Assembly: GCA_020724905.1 (NCBI GenBank)
Contig: DYGB01000004.1
Location: 1 to 60,930, forward strand
Length of the DNA: 60,930 bases
Reading direction: 5' to 3'
Source: Candidatus Paceibacter sp.
Lineage (GTDB): Bacteria > Patescibacteriota > Minisyncoccia > UBA6257 > JAGOQP01
Below, piece after piece: positions 1-11,045 of the stretch. How positions within the stretch are numbered: the first letter of the stretch is position 1; every line of letters begins with the position of its first letter. The notes beneath the pieces are model-generated. The model saw only the letters and a list, made by a program, of their open reading frames with translations. It was not told the origin of the DNA and did no database searches. The translations under genes and the position numbers were made by a program.

Positions 1-1
1 T

Positions 2-91
2 TGGCGGAGAGGAAGGGATTCGAACCCTTGGTGCTGTTTCCAACACACTTGTACTCCAAACAAGCCCATTCGACCGCTCTGGCACCTCTCC
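2..91 (-). tRNA. tRNA-Ser(GGA), class II, CCA encoded
   Basis: Reverse complement folds as acceptor GGAGAGG/CCTCTCC, D stem CCA/TGG and anticodon stem CTTGT/ACAAG with loop TTGGAGT (anticodon GGA). Long variable arm GTGTTG-GAAA-CAGCAC, T arm AAGGG-TTCGAAT-CCCTT, then G73 and CCA. Confidence 0.9.
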
Positions 92-105
92 TCTATCCCA
101 TCCTA

Positions 106-1014
106 TTACATTTTCCTCAGTGCTTCAATTCTCTCCTCTATAGGGGGATGAGTCATAAAGAGTTTTGCAAAGAATGGTGTCTTTGTATTACTCACATCAG
201 CTTTAAAAGGATTGGCAATATACAAATGCGCTGTTGCTTCTTTTGCTTTCTTTAGTGGCTTTCCTGATGCTATCTTTTCAAGCGCTGAGGCTAACCCTTC
301 TGGGTAACGAGTAATTAAAACAGCAGTTGAATCTGCTCCAAATTCTCTTTTTCGAGAAATAGCAAGTTGGATAATCATCCCTGCAATAGGGGCGATAATA
401 ATAGCTGCAATACTAATAATTAAGAGTACTGGATTTCCTCCTCCCTCTCGTCTGTCCCCTCCTCTCCCTCCTCCCATCCACATCATACGAATGAAAAAAT
501 CAGAGATAAGAGCAAGAGTCCCCACTAATACCACCACTACTGTCATCACCAACGTGTCATAGTTTTTCACGTGAGCAAGTTCATGAGCAAGTACTCCTTC
601 TATCTCACTTCGATCAAGTTTCTCAAGAAGACCTGAGGTAACTGCAATCGCAGCATGAGAAGGGTTTCGTCCTGTCGCAAATGCGTTAGGAGAAGGATCA
701 TCAACAACATAGAGTGCAGGCATCTCCATTCCCTGGGAAATACACATATTCTCAAGGAGATTATAAAGCTCTTTCTGTTCTCCTCTCTCTACCCTCTTTG
801 CATTATTTAACTTCATAACAATCGTATCTGATTTCCAGTACGCGGTAACGTTTAATAACAAGCTAATCCCTACCGCAAGATAAAGAATAAAAGGATTCTC
901 ATAGTAATAACTCACTGCATAACCAATACCGATAATAACAATAAGAAAGACGATGAATAATATCCACGTCTTTCGTATATTGCGTGTACGGAATGAATAA
1001 GCGCTCTGCATCAT
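106..1014 (-). CDS. htpX: M48-family zinc metalloprotease HtpX
   Basis: 302 aa with HEXXH motif (HELAHV), four hydrophobic segments and a Gly-rich insert. Lies downstream of lemA, as in many bacteria. Confidence 0.9.
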   Translation of the reverse strand: MMQSAYSFRTRNIRKTWILFIVFLIVIIGIGYAVSYYYENPFILYLAVGISLLLNVTAYWKSDTIVMKLNNAKRVERGEQKELYNLLENMCISQGMEMPALYVVDDPSPNAFATGRNPSHAAIAVTSGLLEKLDRSEIEGVLAHELAHVKNYDTLVMTVVVVLVGTLALISDFFIRMMWMGGGRGGDRREGGGNPVLLIISIAAIIIAPIAGMIIQLAISRKREFGADSTAVLITRYPEGLASALEKIASGKPLKKAKEATAHLYIANPFKADVSNTKTPFFAKLFMTHPPIEERIEALRKM

Positions 1015-1017
1015 GAC

Positions 1018-1275
1018 TTATGCTTCGTTATCTTTTTTTGGTTCTTCTTTCTTTGTAATCTTCTTCCACTCAGAGAAGATGAAGATATACAGGATATCAA
1101 TAATACCGTAGGTATTAAGAACAAGAATCGCAACAAACCAGTATGGATTCTTCTTTTGAGCTGCTGCTTTCCACAGTGCAAATCCTTTCCATGCAAGAGA
1201 CCACAAGGTTACCACAACAAAGAGAAGTGTATTCTCTTCGATAAAGGCAATTATTGAATCAATATTTTCAAACAT
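1018..1275 (-). CDS. small two-helix membrane protein, Lys-rich tail
   Basis: ORF track gives 1018..1329. Start moved to the ATG at 1275 (MFENIDS...), which falls just after the lemA stop. Two hydrophobic helices. Confidence 0.6.
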   Translation of the reverse strand: MFENIDSIIAFIEENTLLFVVVTLWSLAWKGFALWKAAAQKKNPYWFVAILVLNTYGIIDILYIFIFSEWKKITKKEEPKKDNEA

Positions 1276-1279
1276 AGTG

Positions 1280-1852
1280 TTATTCTTCTTTATTAAATGA
1301 TACTGATACGACGTCTTTTTCCTCTTCATTTTCTACATCAAAGAACTCTTCCTCTTTAATACTAAAGAGTGATGCAAGTACATTGGTAGGGAATGTTTGT
1401 ACACGATTGTTCAAATCAAGTACTGTTGTGTTGTAAAACCGTCGTGCTGCTTGAATTTTATTTTCTGTGTCAGAGAGTTCTCGTTGTAATTCAAGAAAGT
1501 TTGCATTTGCTTTAAGATCTGGATAGTTCTCAGATACTGCAAACAATGTTTTTAGTGTATTAGTGAGCTGATTTTCAGCTTCAGCTTGTTGCTCTTTTCC
1601 TTCTGCACTAATAGCAGCACTTCGTGCCTCAGTTACCTGCTGAAATACACCACTCTCATGTGAGGCATATCCCTTCACTGTTTCAACAAGGTTTGGGATA
1701 AGATCATATCGACGCTTTAATTGTACGGTAATATCAGACCATGCCTCTTTTACTCTGTTACGGGTACGAATAAGTCCGTTATAGACAAAGATAACCCATA
1801 TCACGAGTAGTGCGACGATGATCCATATAAGATTTGTTTGTAGAAATTCCAT
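1280..1852 (-). CDS. lemA: LemA family protein
   Basis: N-terminal TM helix followed by the LemA signature NGLIRTRNRV..W.D..VQLKRRYDLIPNLVETVKGYASHE. Confidence 0.85.
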   Translation of the reverse strand: MEFLQTNLIWIIVALLVIWVIFVYNGLIRTRNRVKEAWSDITVQLKRRYDLIPNLVETVKGYASHESGVFQQVTEARSAAISAEGKEQQAEAENQLTNTLKTLFAVSENYPDLKANANFLELQRELSDTENKIQAARRFYNTTVLDLNNRVQTFPTNVLASLFSIKEEEFFDVENEEEKDVVSVSFNKEE

Positions 1853-1883
1853 ATAGATACAGTATATATGGAATTAAATATAA

Positions 1884-1911
1884 AGAAAAGGTGGAGTTAT
1901 ACAACTCCACC
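1884..1911 (-). terminator. rho-independent terminator
   Basis: Stem GGTGGAGTT/AACTCCACC (1890-1898/1903-1911) followed by a T-run on the minus strand. Lies just after the stop of the 1918..2496 ORF. Confidence 0.7.
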
Positions 1912-1917
1912 TTATTT

Positions 1918-2496
1918 TTATACTAATTCTTTTTTGAGACAAAATACCCCAACCATGTTCCCTGATATGCTCTGATTATCATCAAGGGAAAAAGTTGAAA
2001 TTTCGCGTACTGCTCCTTCATTATGTTTCACAGAAAAAAGAATACGATCTGGTTCTTCTCTTTCTACAATAATACTCTCAGAAAACACGAGATAATTTCG
2101 TGTGTTGTCTGGAAACAAATTTGTAATACATAGTGTTGGAGCTGTTTCTTTTGGACACAACGCAACACTATAGATATGTTTTCCTATTTTTGTGTAACTT
2201 CCCAGTACATGTTTATGAATGGTTTCAACATGAACAGGGTTTCCAAAGTCTAATGATGACAAATCAAGAAATGCAAGATCTACATTTTCTGCAATGCTTT
2301 CTTGAGAGATGATATCCAAAGCATTGTAAGCATCTTTAGATACTCTGTACTGAGTTCTTCCCAGTACGCCCTTGAGAGTTACATTTGTATTCCCATTAAA
2401 CATGCCTACATGGAAATTCTTATCAAGCAGTACTGTAAGGTCATGCCGTAAAATAACTGTCTTTATAACAGTTATTCCTTGAAAGTAGTGTGACAT
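1918..2496 (-). CDS. hypothetical protein (192 aa)
   Basis: Long ORF preceded by a strong SD (AAAGGAGGCATAAT-ATG) and its own promoter and terminator. No motif recognised. Confidence 0.6.
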   Translation of the reverse strand: MSHYFQGITVIKTVILRHDLTVLLDKNFHVGMFNGNTNVTLKGVLGRTQYRVSKDAYNALDIISQESIAENVDLAFLDLSSLDFGNPVHVETIHKHVLGSYTKIGKHIYSVALCPKETAPTLCITNLFPDNTRNYLVFSESIIVEREEPDRILFSVKHNEGAVREISTFSLDDNQSISGNMVGVFCLKKELV

Positions 2497-2527
2497 ATTA
2501 TGCCTCCTTTTTAATGTGCGTACCTAT

Positions 2528-2556
2528 ACTATACGTATTTCATATTATACTGTCAA
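2528..2556 (-). promoter_or_regulatory. sigma70-type promoter
   Basis: Minus strand reads TTGACA-17 nt-TATAGT. Confidence 0.6.
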
Positions 2557-2583
2557 TAAAAAGCCGCTCTATACAGGGCGGCT
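2556..2583 (-). terminator. rho-independent terminator of groEL
   Basis: Stem AGCCGC/GCGGCT (2562-2567/2578-2583) followed by TTTTTAT on the minus strand. Confidence 0.7.
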
Positions 2584-2604
2584 TCTTATATACTATATTC
2601 TTTT

Positions 2605-4565
<1,961 letters not shown>

Positions 4566-4593
4566 ATGTAGTATATGTTTCTTATTTATAAAG

Positions 4594-4622
4594 CTTCTCG
4601 ACCTTGAGAAGTTAAGTCGAGA
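4594..4622 (-). promoter_or_regulatory. inverted repeats at the groES transcription start (candidate operator or 5'-UTR hairpin)
   Basis: TCTCGAC (4596-4602) and GTCGAGA (4616-4622) separated by 13 nt, overlapped by CTTCTC-N6-GAGAAG. The element directly abuts the -10 box. Confidence 0.45.
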
Positions 4623-4624
4623 GT

Positions 4625-4653
4625 ATTATATGAGTCAACAGGTACAAAGTCAA
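4625..4653 (-). promoter_or_regulatory. groES-groEL promoter
   Basis: Minus strand reads TTGACT-17 nt-TATAAT. Confidence 0.7.
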
Positions 4654-4676
4654 GAAAAAGGGAGCGAAATGCTCCC
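4654..4676 (-). terminator. rho-independent terminator
   Basis: Stem GGGAGC/GCTCCC (4660-4665/4671-4676) followed by TTTTT on the minus strand, after the 4685..5065 ORF. Confidence 0.7.
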
Positions 4677-4684
4677 TCTGTATA

Positions 4685-5065
4685 TTACTGCGCTGATTTG
4701 AGATTTTCTAAGAATTCTCGCGTTACCGCGAGTCTTCCATCGATAAGAAATACAAGATTGGCTCGGGATTGGCGAAAATAATACGGAAAAAATCCAGCAT
4801 CATCTTCCCACTGCCCAATGAGTCCAAACAACATTCTGCTTTCATCAAGTTTGTGTCTTTGATAAAAAGAAACAAGCTCTGGTATATGGAACGGTTCCCA
4901 AGAACCCTTTTCTTGGAAAAATCTAAGAAGATCTCCTGCAGCCCATTCTACTTCAGCTTTACCAAAAGATCCCGCATGCATTCCATTAGAGGAAATCTCT
5001 GAAGGTGGGAATGGTTGAAGTGCTTTTGAATAGATTACATCCTCAGATGTTACTTCTGAGCTCAT
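4685..5065 (-). CDS. hypothetical protein (126 aa)
   Basis: ORF with SD GGAGGG 6 nt before the ATG. No motif recognised. Confidence 0.6.
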   Translation of the reverse strand: MSSEVTSEDVIYSKALQPFPPSEISSNGMHAGSFGKAEVEWAAGDLLRFFQEKGSWEPFHIPELVSFYQRHKLDESRMLFGLIGQWEDDAGFFPYYFRQSRANLVFLIDGRLAVTREFLENLKSAQ

Positions 5066-5167
5066 ATGAACCCTCCTTACTTTTGTGTGAAATATCTATT
5101 TTTAGGATACAACGTATATATGTACTAGTCAATATATAAAAAGCCCCCATAGATATGAGGGCAAACA

Positions 5168-5365
5168 CTAGTACAATCCATCTATCCTTTCCAGGTTAGC
5201 AATATAACCTGAAAGAAATAATATGATTGCAACAACAAAGAAAAAGAATCGTACCGGGATTTTTCTTGCTTGGTCATAAAATTCCTGTTCTTCATTTGAG
5301 TCCCTTGTGGTGTATATCAATACACCACCTATGATAACGAGAGCTACAATAAGTAATCCTCCCAT
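5168..5365 (-). CDS. small membrane protein (65 aa, two TM)
   Basis: SD AGGAGGAAAGG before the ATG. Two hydrophobic helices. Confidence 0.5.
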   Translation of the reverse strand: MGGLLIVALVIIGGVLIYTTRDSNEEQEFYDQARKIPVRFFFFVVAIILFLSGYIANLERIDGLY

Positions 5366-5404
5366 CCTTTCCTCCTATTAACTTATTAATATTCAATACT
5401 ATAT

Positions 5405-5433
5405 ATTATACTCTTTTAGTATATAAATGTCAA
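5405..5433 (-). promoter_or_regulatory. sigma70-type promoter
   Basis: Minus strand reads TTGACA-17 nt-TATAAT. It overlaps the rmuC stop codon. Confidence 0.55.
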
Positions 5434-6446
5434 TCCTCCTCTCTATCTCCTATCTTTTCTATTCGTGATACATCTTTGTGGATCTTTTGAAATTCCTTTG
5501 TGGCATGAGCATACGTATTGAGTGTTGTTTCAAGCTGTTTCCCAATTTTATCCATATACTCTTCATACGTGCTCAAATGTTTTGATAACTCCCCTACTCG
5601 TTTAATAATGTCACGTGCTGAAGACTCTATTTGAAATGCTTTAAAGCCATAGAGGATAGATTGAAGATAAGCAGCAAATGTTGTAGGAGAAACAATAATA
5701 ACCTGCTTCTCATGATAGGCGTATTCAATAATGCTTCGGTTACGAGACTTTACCCCTCCAATTTCATTAACTAAAAGATCGTAATAAATAGCTTCTGCAG
5801 GAATAAACATAAAGGCAAAGGGAAGGGTCTTTTCTTCAGGACGAATATATTTTGCTGTCTCATCAACTCGTTTCTTTAAATCATTCACAAATTCTTTTTC
5901 ATATGCTTCTCGCCTCTTATCATCATCTTCATTGATAAGGCGATTATAATTATCTAAAGAAAACTTTGCATCAATAGGGATGATACCTTCTTGAGCTCGT
6001 ATCACTGCATCAACCTTCTCTCCATTTGAAAACATGTATTGGAGTTCAAAGGCATCAGGAGGCAAAATATTGTTAAGGATAAGCTCAAGTCCTGCTTCTC
6101 CAATGCTTCCTCTCTGTTTTTGATTTTTAAATACTTTTTCAAGATTTTGCAGTTGTTCGGTAATACCAAACACCTGTTTGTTTGTTTCTTTTACCCCGGT
6201 GAGTTCTTGTGTTACTTCTTTTAACACTTTTTGAGATTCAAAGAGTCGTTGTTGCAATGACTCTTGCATCCCCTGCATTTGGTTTTGGATAAGTGAGAGT
6301 TCATTATCTGAATGTTTTTGATCTTTCTTTTTAAATAACAAAACAAGCACTACCACTGTAGCGATCTGTATTATCAACACAATACCGATTCCTATCCACT
6401 CCATATATGATATGATGAGTGTACCATATGAAAGATACATCGTCAT
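5430..6446 (-). CDS. rmuC: DNA recombination protein RmuC
   Basis: N-terminal TM helix, coiled coil, then an RmuC-type nuclease-like C-terminal region (..IPIDAKFSLDNY.., FMFIPAEAIYY). Start may be the ATG at 6404 (MEWIGIG...). Confidence 0.8.
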   Translation of the reverse strand: MTMYLSYGTLIISYMEWIGIGIVLIIQIATVVVLVLLFKKKDQKHSDNELSLIQNQMQGMQESLQQRLFESQKVLKEVTQELTGVKETNKQVFGITEQLQNLEKVFKNQKQRGSIGEAGLELILNNILPPDAFELQYMFSNGEKVDAVIRAQEGIIPIDAKFSLDNYNRLINEDDDKRREAYEKEFVNDLKKRVDETAKYIRPEEKTLPFAFMFIPAEAIYYDLLVNEIGGVKSRNRSIIEYAYHEKQVIIVSPTTFAAYLQSILYGFKAFQIESSARDIIKRVGELSKHLSTYEEYMDKIGKQLETTLNTYAHATKEFQKIHKDVSRIEKIGDREED

Positions 6447-7144
6447 CTCTTCCTGTTGTTGTTATTACAGGAGGATCTTTGGGAATAGGGGCAGCAACAG
6501 CAGGAGAATTTCTTCTTCGTAATTGGAGAGTCGCACTATTAGACATCACTCCTCTCCCAAAAGATAACCCAGCGTATGACAGTTCTTCTGATCGAGTGTT
6601 ATTTTTGCAGACTGATATTACAAAAGAAGCTCAAGTGAAAAAAGCATTCGAAACAATATATAGCTCATGGGGTCGTATTGATACCCTGATTAATAACGCT
6701 GGTATTGCACAGGTAAAGGCATTTGAGAAAACAACTCCTCAAGAGTGGAGTCACATCTATGATGTAAATGTTATGGGAACACTTCTCGTTACACAAGTAT
6801 CACTCCCCTATCTAAAAAAACAAGATGCTTCTCAAATTATTACCATAGCGTCTGGAGCTGCTGATCATGGTATTAAAGATCTTTCTCTGTATGGAATGAG
6901 TAAAGCTGCGTTAGTTAACTTTTCTCAAGCACTTCATGCAGAATTAGGGAAGTACAATATCTCTGTGTGTGCTATCACTCCAGGATCCACTGATACTCCT
7001 CTTTTTAGAAAAGCATTCCCTGGACAAAACCCGATTCATACTCCTGTCTATGTAGCGCGCATTATTGCAGATGTAGCAGAACATATTATTTATCCAAATA
7101 CTAATCGTATCGTTGATACCTTTTATCATAGACATCAGAACTAA
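6428..7144 (+). CDS. short-chain dehydrogenase/reductase (SDR)
   Basis: TGGSLGIGAA nucleotide-binding motif, NNAG, and catalytic Y..SK (YGMSKAA). ORF track starts at the GTG at 6419, but the ATG at 6428 is more likely. Confidence 0.85.
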   Translation: MKDTSSSLPVVVITGGSLGIGAATAGEFLLRNWRVALLDITPLPKDNPAYDSSSDRVLFLQTDITKEAQVKKAFETIYSSWGRIDTLINNAGIAQVKAFEKTTPQEWSHIYDVNVMGTLLVTQVSLPYLKKQDASQIITIASGAADHGIKDLSLYGMSKAALVNFSQALHAELGKYNISVCAITPGSTDTPLFRKAFPGQNPIHTPVYVARIIADVAEHIIYPNTNRIVDTFYHRHQN

Positions 7145-7152
7145 TCATAAAT

Positions 7153-7182
7153 AAAACACCTTATAGCAATAAGGTGTTTTTA
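7153..7182. terminator. bidirectional terminator
   Basis: Stem ACACCTTAT/ATAAGGTGT (7156-7164/7169-7177) flanked by an A-run and a T-run, between convergent genes. Confidence 0.7.
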
Positions 7183-7190
7183 ATATAGAT

Positions 7191-7424
7191 TTATTTATTG
7201 GCCCATTTTTTCCAAATTCTTTCTCCAAAGAACAACATTACTGGCCATATAAATCCGAAAACTGCTTGAGTTATTCCTATAGCAGCTTCATGAGGAAGAA
7301 AATCTCCGGGTTTATAATATTTCTTTTGAAATCGATTCCACGTTACCCCAGAAACGGTTCCTCCTATAATCATATATAGAAACAGTCCAAATATTATAAT
7401 GAATAATTTATCCAAAGGAGTCAT
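7191..7424 (-). CDS. small membrane protein (77 aa)
   Basis: SD GAGGTG before the ATG. Two hydrophobic helices. Confidence 0.5.
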   Translation of the reverse strand: MTPLDKLFIIIFGLFLYMIIGGTVSGVTWNRFQKKYYKPGDFLPHEAAIGITQAVFGFIWPVMLFFGERIWKKWANK

Positions 7425-7564
7425 ATCTCACCTCTTTTCTTTGTGTATGTTCTATTCTTATTTATAAAACATATACTTTTTTATGTCAATATTCTGTTTG
7501 AATCATCCTCTTTTTTTATGCTAAAGTCTCTCTAGAACTGTTAACAACTAGAAGAGGTAGTGTT

Positions 7565-7777
7565 ATGTCACTCTATTCATATCCTGTTATGTGTCCCCAT
7601 ACAAAAGGGAAAATTATCTCAGGAGATATTTTCATTGGTATCAATGAAGACTCTGGAGAATTTGTACTCGCTATAGAATGTATGACGTGTCGGGAACGTC
7701 ATCATTTTCCCTTTAAAAGACTTACCGCAGAAGTAAGAAAGATTGCAAAAGAGGAAAGCATACATATACCCTCATAA
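7565..7777 (+). CDS. small Cys-containing (zinc-ribbon-like) protein
   Basis: 70 aa with the pairs C..H...C..C. Weak SD (GAGG), followed by a hairpin terminator at 7782-7808. Confidence 0.45.
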   Translation: MSLYSYPVMCPHTKGKIISGDIFIGINEDSGEFVLAIECMTCRERHHFPFKRLTAEVRKIAKEESIHIPS

Positions 7778-7791
7778 AGGGAAAAGAGCTC

Positions 7792-8007
7792 TTAGGAGCT
7801 CTTTTTTATATACTTTATTGATGAGGTATGTCCCCTTACAATTTCTAATGTTGAAGGAGGAATCTGTAGTACTTTAGCAAGTTGTCGTATGACATCAGCA
7901 TTCGCTTTTCCTTTCTGGGGAGCTTGTGTTGTCCAGATAATATATTCTTCACCTTTCTTTTCTACTCCTTTCTTATTTTTTTGTGCTTTTACTTGAACTT
8001 TGATCAT
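7792..8007 (-). CDS. DUF167 (YggU-like) family protein
   Basis: 71 aa with the pattern V.V.A.....G......Y.I....AP..GKAN..VI..LAK.L......L.IV.G..S..K, typical of the YggU family as I remember it. Confidence 0.65.
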   Translation of the reverse strand: MIKVQVKAQKNKKGVEKKGEEYIIWTTQAPQKGKANADVIRQLAKVLQIPPSTLEIVRGHTSSIKYIKKSS

Positions 8008-10942
8008 GTTTTTTTAAATACTTTCCTGTCGCTGTATTTTTTTCTACCGCTTCATCTATTGTTCCCTCAAATACAATCTTTCCTCCTGCTTCCCCTCCTT
8101 TTGGACCAAGTTCAATGATCCACTGTGCCTGGTGCAAGACATCAAGATTATGTTCGATAACAAGGACAGAATTCCCTTTCTCAACCAGTGAGGTAAGAAT
8201 AAAAAGAAGTTTTCTCACATCATCAAAGTGAAGCCCCACTGTTGGTTCATCAAGGATGTACAGAGCATCTCCATGAGATCTCTTTGAGAGTTCATCAGCG
8301 AGCTTTATTCGTTGTGCTTCTCCTCCTGAAAGTGTCGTAGCTGATTGTCCTAATTTCATATACCCCAGCCCAATTGAATCAAGAAGTTCTAACTTGTCAG
8401 CAATATTAGAAAATGGAGCAAAGAATTCTTTTGCTTCACGAATAGAAAGATCTAGTACATCAGCAATACTTTTTCCTTTGTAGAGCACTTCAAGCACATC
8501 AGGAGAAAATCGTTTTCCCTGACAGATATCACAAGGAACATACATATCTGGAAGGAAATACATCTCCACCTTCTTATACCCTTCTCCTCGACATGCTTCA
8601 CAGCGTCCTGGTTTTACGTTAAAGCTGAAATGAGATGGACTGTATCCTCGTATCTGTGATTCATCAAGACGAGCATAGAGTTGTCGTATTGGAGTAAGAA
8701 TACCAGTATAGGTAGCTGGATTTGAACGAGGCGTTCTTCCAATAGGACTTTGATCAATCATGATAACTTTCTGAAGTTCCTCATGTCCGCTCAGAGTTTT
8801 ATACTCCCCCGGGACAACAGCCATGGACGATACTTCTTTTTGAAGTGCTTTTGCAAATACTTCAAGAATTAACGTGCTCTTCCCTGATCCTGACATACCT
8901 GCAACACACACAAACTTGTTAAGAGGAACGGTCAGTGTCACATTTTTTAAATTAAATTGTGTTGCTCCTGAGAGCACAATTTTCTTCTCTTTTCTAGATA
9001 TCTGTTTATAAGGATGAACCACTTTCTTTTTCCCTGACAGATACTCCCCTGTTAATGTATGTGCTTTTTTAAGTTGTGCAGGGGTCCCTTCAAAAACAAC
9101 TTTTCCTCCTTCATGTCCTGCACGAGGACCTATTTCGATAATCCAATCAGCTCGATCAATAACGCGTTCATCATGTTCAACAACAACAACGGTATTTTGA
9201 AGATCACGAAGGTGATGTAGCGTATCAACTAATTTATCTGTATCTTGTGCATGAAGTCCTATTGTTGGTTCATCAAGTACATAGATAACTCCAGAAAGCC
9301 CAGCTCCTAGTTGTGTTGCAAGACGAATGCGTTGATTCTCCCCTACAGAAAGTGTGGTAGCTGAACGATGAATAGTCATATACTCAAGCCCCACATCAAC
9401 AAGAAACCGTACCTTTGTTTGTATTTCTTTTATAATGGGTTCTGCGATAGTTTTCTGTTCATTGCTCATGCCTGTATAGATATCTTTTTTAAGAAATGAG
9501 AAGAGATCCTTTACTGGCATAGAGACGAGATTAAATATATTCTTTTCTCCAATATAAATAGCTCTACTTTCTTTTTTAATACGAGCTCCTTCACAGGCAC
9601 TACAGGTTTTTTCTCTCATATGTTTTGAGAGTTCTTTTCTGATGTAGTCTGATTCAGTTTCATAATAGAGGCGTTCAAGTCGAGGAATAACTCCTTCAAA
9701 TTTTGTTTTCCCTTTCCAGTCCCCATCTTCAAGATAGATAACCTCATCTTTATTTCCATACAAAATGGTATTTTGAATATCTTCTGGAATATCTTTAAAT
9801 GGTGTTGTCCTGTCAATTCCTGCTTGTTCTAAGATGGTGCGGGTTACAAACTTTTGCCACTGTGCCCCCAAAGCACGACGTGCCATACGATTGAGGGTAT
9901 ACCATGGTATTATCGCCCCAACTTCAAGTGATATTTCAGGAGCAATTAGTAAAGAAAGATCTATTTCTAGTTTTGTCCCAAGCCCCTGACACGTTGGACA
10001 TGCTCCATAGGGGCTATTAAATGAAAATGATCGTGGCTCTATGTGAGGAACTGAAAATCCACACGTACTACACGTATAGTGTTCTGAATAGGTGATATCT
10101 TTTATTGCCTCTTTCTTTCCAATGGGAGTGATAGAAATTCTCACAAATCCCTTTCCCATGACAAGTGCTTTTCGCACTTTTTCAATAACCTCACTGGACT
10201 CTTCCTTCATGAGTTTTTCAATTCGCTTCTTTTTCTTTTTGAGAGCTTCTTTTTCTTTTTTAGAAACTGCACCTGCAACATCCATTTTCAAACCAGTCAT
10301 AATACTTCCCACGACAACTTCAATAGTATGTTTTTTATTCTTGTCCAGTTCCATTCCTCGAGCCTCATCAAATGATACATAACTTCCATTAATACGAAGA
10401 CGAGGATATCCTGATCGACTAATCTCATCAAGAACTGCTTTGTGTTCTCCTTTTTTCCCATCAACGATAGGGGCAAGAATACGAACTTCTCCTTCTGAGG
10501 CATGAGACAGTATTGCCTCTGTTATTTCTTGAGGAGTTTGTGATGTTATTTTTTTATGGCAATTAGGACAATACGGAATACCAACGCGAGCAAAAAGAAG
10601 TCGAAGGTGATCATATACTTCTGTAATAGTCCCTACCGTTGAACGTGGATTTGATGAAACGCTCTTTTGATTAATCGCAAGTGTTGGAGACAGTCCTACA
10701 ATTTTTTCAACATCTGGTTTTTTAAATCCTCCTAAGAATTGACGAACATATGATGAGAGCCCTTCTAGATATCGTCTTTGGCCTTCTTCATATAGCGTAT
10801 CAAATGCTAATGATGATTTTCCTGATCCTGAGACACCACAAATAACCACAAGTTTATTTCGTGGTATGGTCACAGACACATCCTTCAAGTTATGAACATG
10901 AGCGTGATGTATCTCTATATCATTCGTTTTCTTTTGTGACAT
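7973..10942 (-). CDS. uvrA: excinuclease ABC subunit A
   Basis: 989 aa with two ABC ATPase modules (GVSGSGKSSL, GMSGSGKSTL, LSGGE signatures) and zinc-finger Cys clusters. Confidence 0.97.
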   Translation of the reverse strand: MSQKKTNDIEIHHAHVHNLKDVSVTIPRNKLVVICGVSGSGKSSLAFDTLYEEGQRRYLEGLSSYVRQFLGGFKKPDVEKIVGLSPTLAINQKSVSSNPRSTVGTITEVYDHLRLLFARVGIPYCPNCHKKITSQTPQEITEAILSHASEGEVRILAPIVDGKKGEHKAVLDEISRSGYPRLRINGSYVSFDEARGMELDKNKKHTIEVVVGSIMTGLKMDVAGAVSKKEKEALKKKKKRIEKLMKEESSEVIEKVRKALVMGKGFVRISITPIGKKEAIKDITYSEHYTCSTCGFSVPHIEPRSFSFNSPYGACPTCQGLGTKLEIDLSLLIAPEISLEVGAIIPWYTLNRMARRALGAQWQKFVTRTILEQAGIDRTTPFKDIPEDIQNTILYGNKDEVIYLEDGDWKGKTKFEGVIPRLERLYYETESDYIRKELSKHMREKTCSACEGARIKKESRAIYIGEKNIFNLVSMPVKDLFSFLKKDIYTGMSNEQKTIAEPIIKEIQTKVRFLVDVGLEYMTIHRSATTLSVGENQRIRLATQLGAGLSGVIYVLDEPTIGLHAQDTDKLVDTLHHLRDLQNTVVVVEHDERVIDRADWIIEIGPRAGHEGGKVVFEGTPAQLKKAHTLTGEYLSGKKKVVHPYKQISRKEKKIVLSGATQFNLKNVTLTVPLNKFVCVAGMSGSGKSTLILEVFAKALQKEVSSMAVVPGEYKTLSGHEELQKVIMIDQSPIGRTPRSNPATYTGILTPIRQLYARLDESQIRGYSPSHFSFNVKPGRCEACRGEGYKKVEMYFLPDMYVPCDICQGKRFSPDVLEVLYKGKSIADVLDLSIREAKEFFAPFSNIADKLELLDSIGLGYMKLGQSATTLSGGEAQRIKLADELSKRSHGDALYILDEPTVGLHFDDVRKLLFILTSLVEKGNSVLVIEHNLDVLHQAQWIIELGPKGGEAGGKIVFEGTIDEAVEKNTATGKYLKKHDQSSSKSTKK

Positions 10943-11012
10943 ATGCTGAACCTAGCATACTGTATGTCCATCGTTTTGAGAAGAGTTGACATTCCATTAA
11001 CTATACACTGTG

Positions 11013-11040
11013 AAATAAAAGCGGCTTATACAAGCCGCTT
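11013..11040 (-). terminator. rho-independent terminator
   Basis: Stem AAGCGGCTT/AAGCCGCTT (11019-11027/11032-11040) followed by TTTTATTT on the minus strand. Confidence 0.7.
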
Positions 11041-11045
11041 CATTT

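Noticed and set aside
1-255. 84-aa + strand ORF at the window start
   Set aside because: It begins with a TTG inside the tRNA-Ser gene and runs antisense to the htpX 3' end. It is a shadow ORF.
4566-4684. Canonical CIRCE (TTAGCACTC-N9-GAGTGCTAA) upstream of groES, and likewise upstream of grpE at 54572-54660
   Set aside because: No match to either half-site was seen. Only unrelated palindromes are present, and these are reported separately.
10945-10957. Shared 8-mer GCTAGGTT upstream of both uvrA (minus-strand sense) and uvrC (11736-11743) as a possible SOS-like box
   Set aside because: A single 8-mer is expected by chance about once or twice in 60 kb on two strands. Its spacing to the start codons differs and it is not palindromic.
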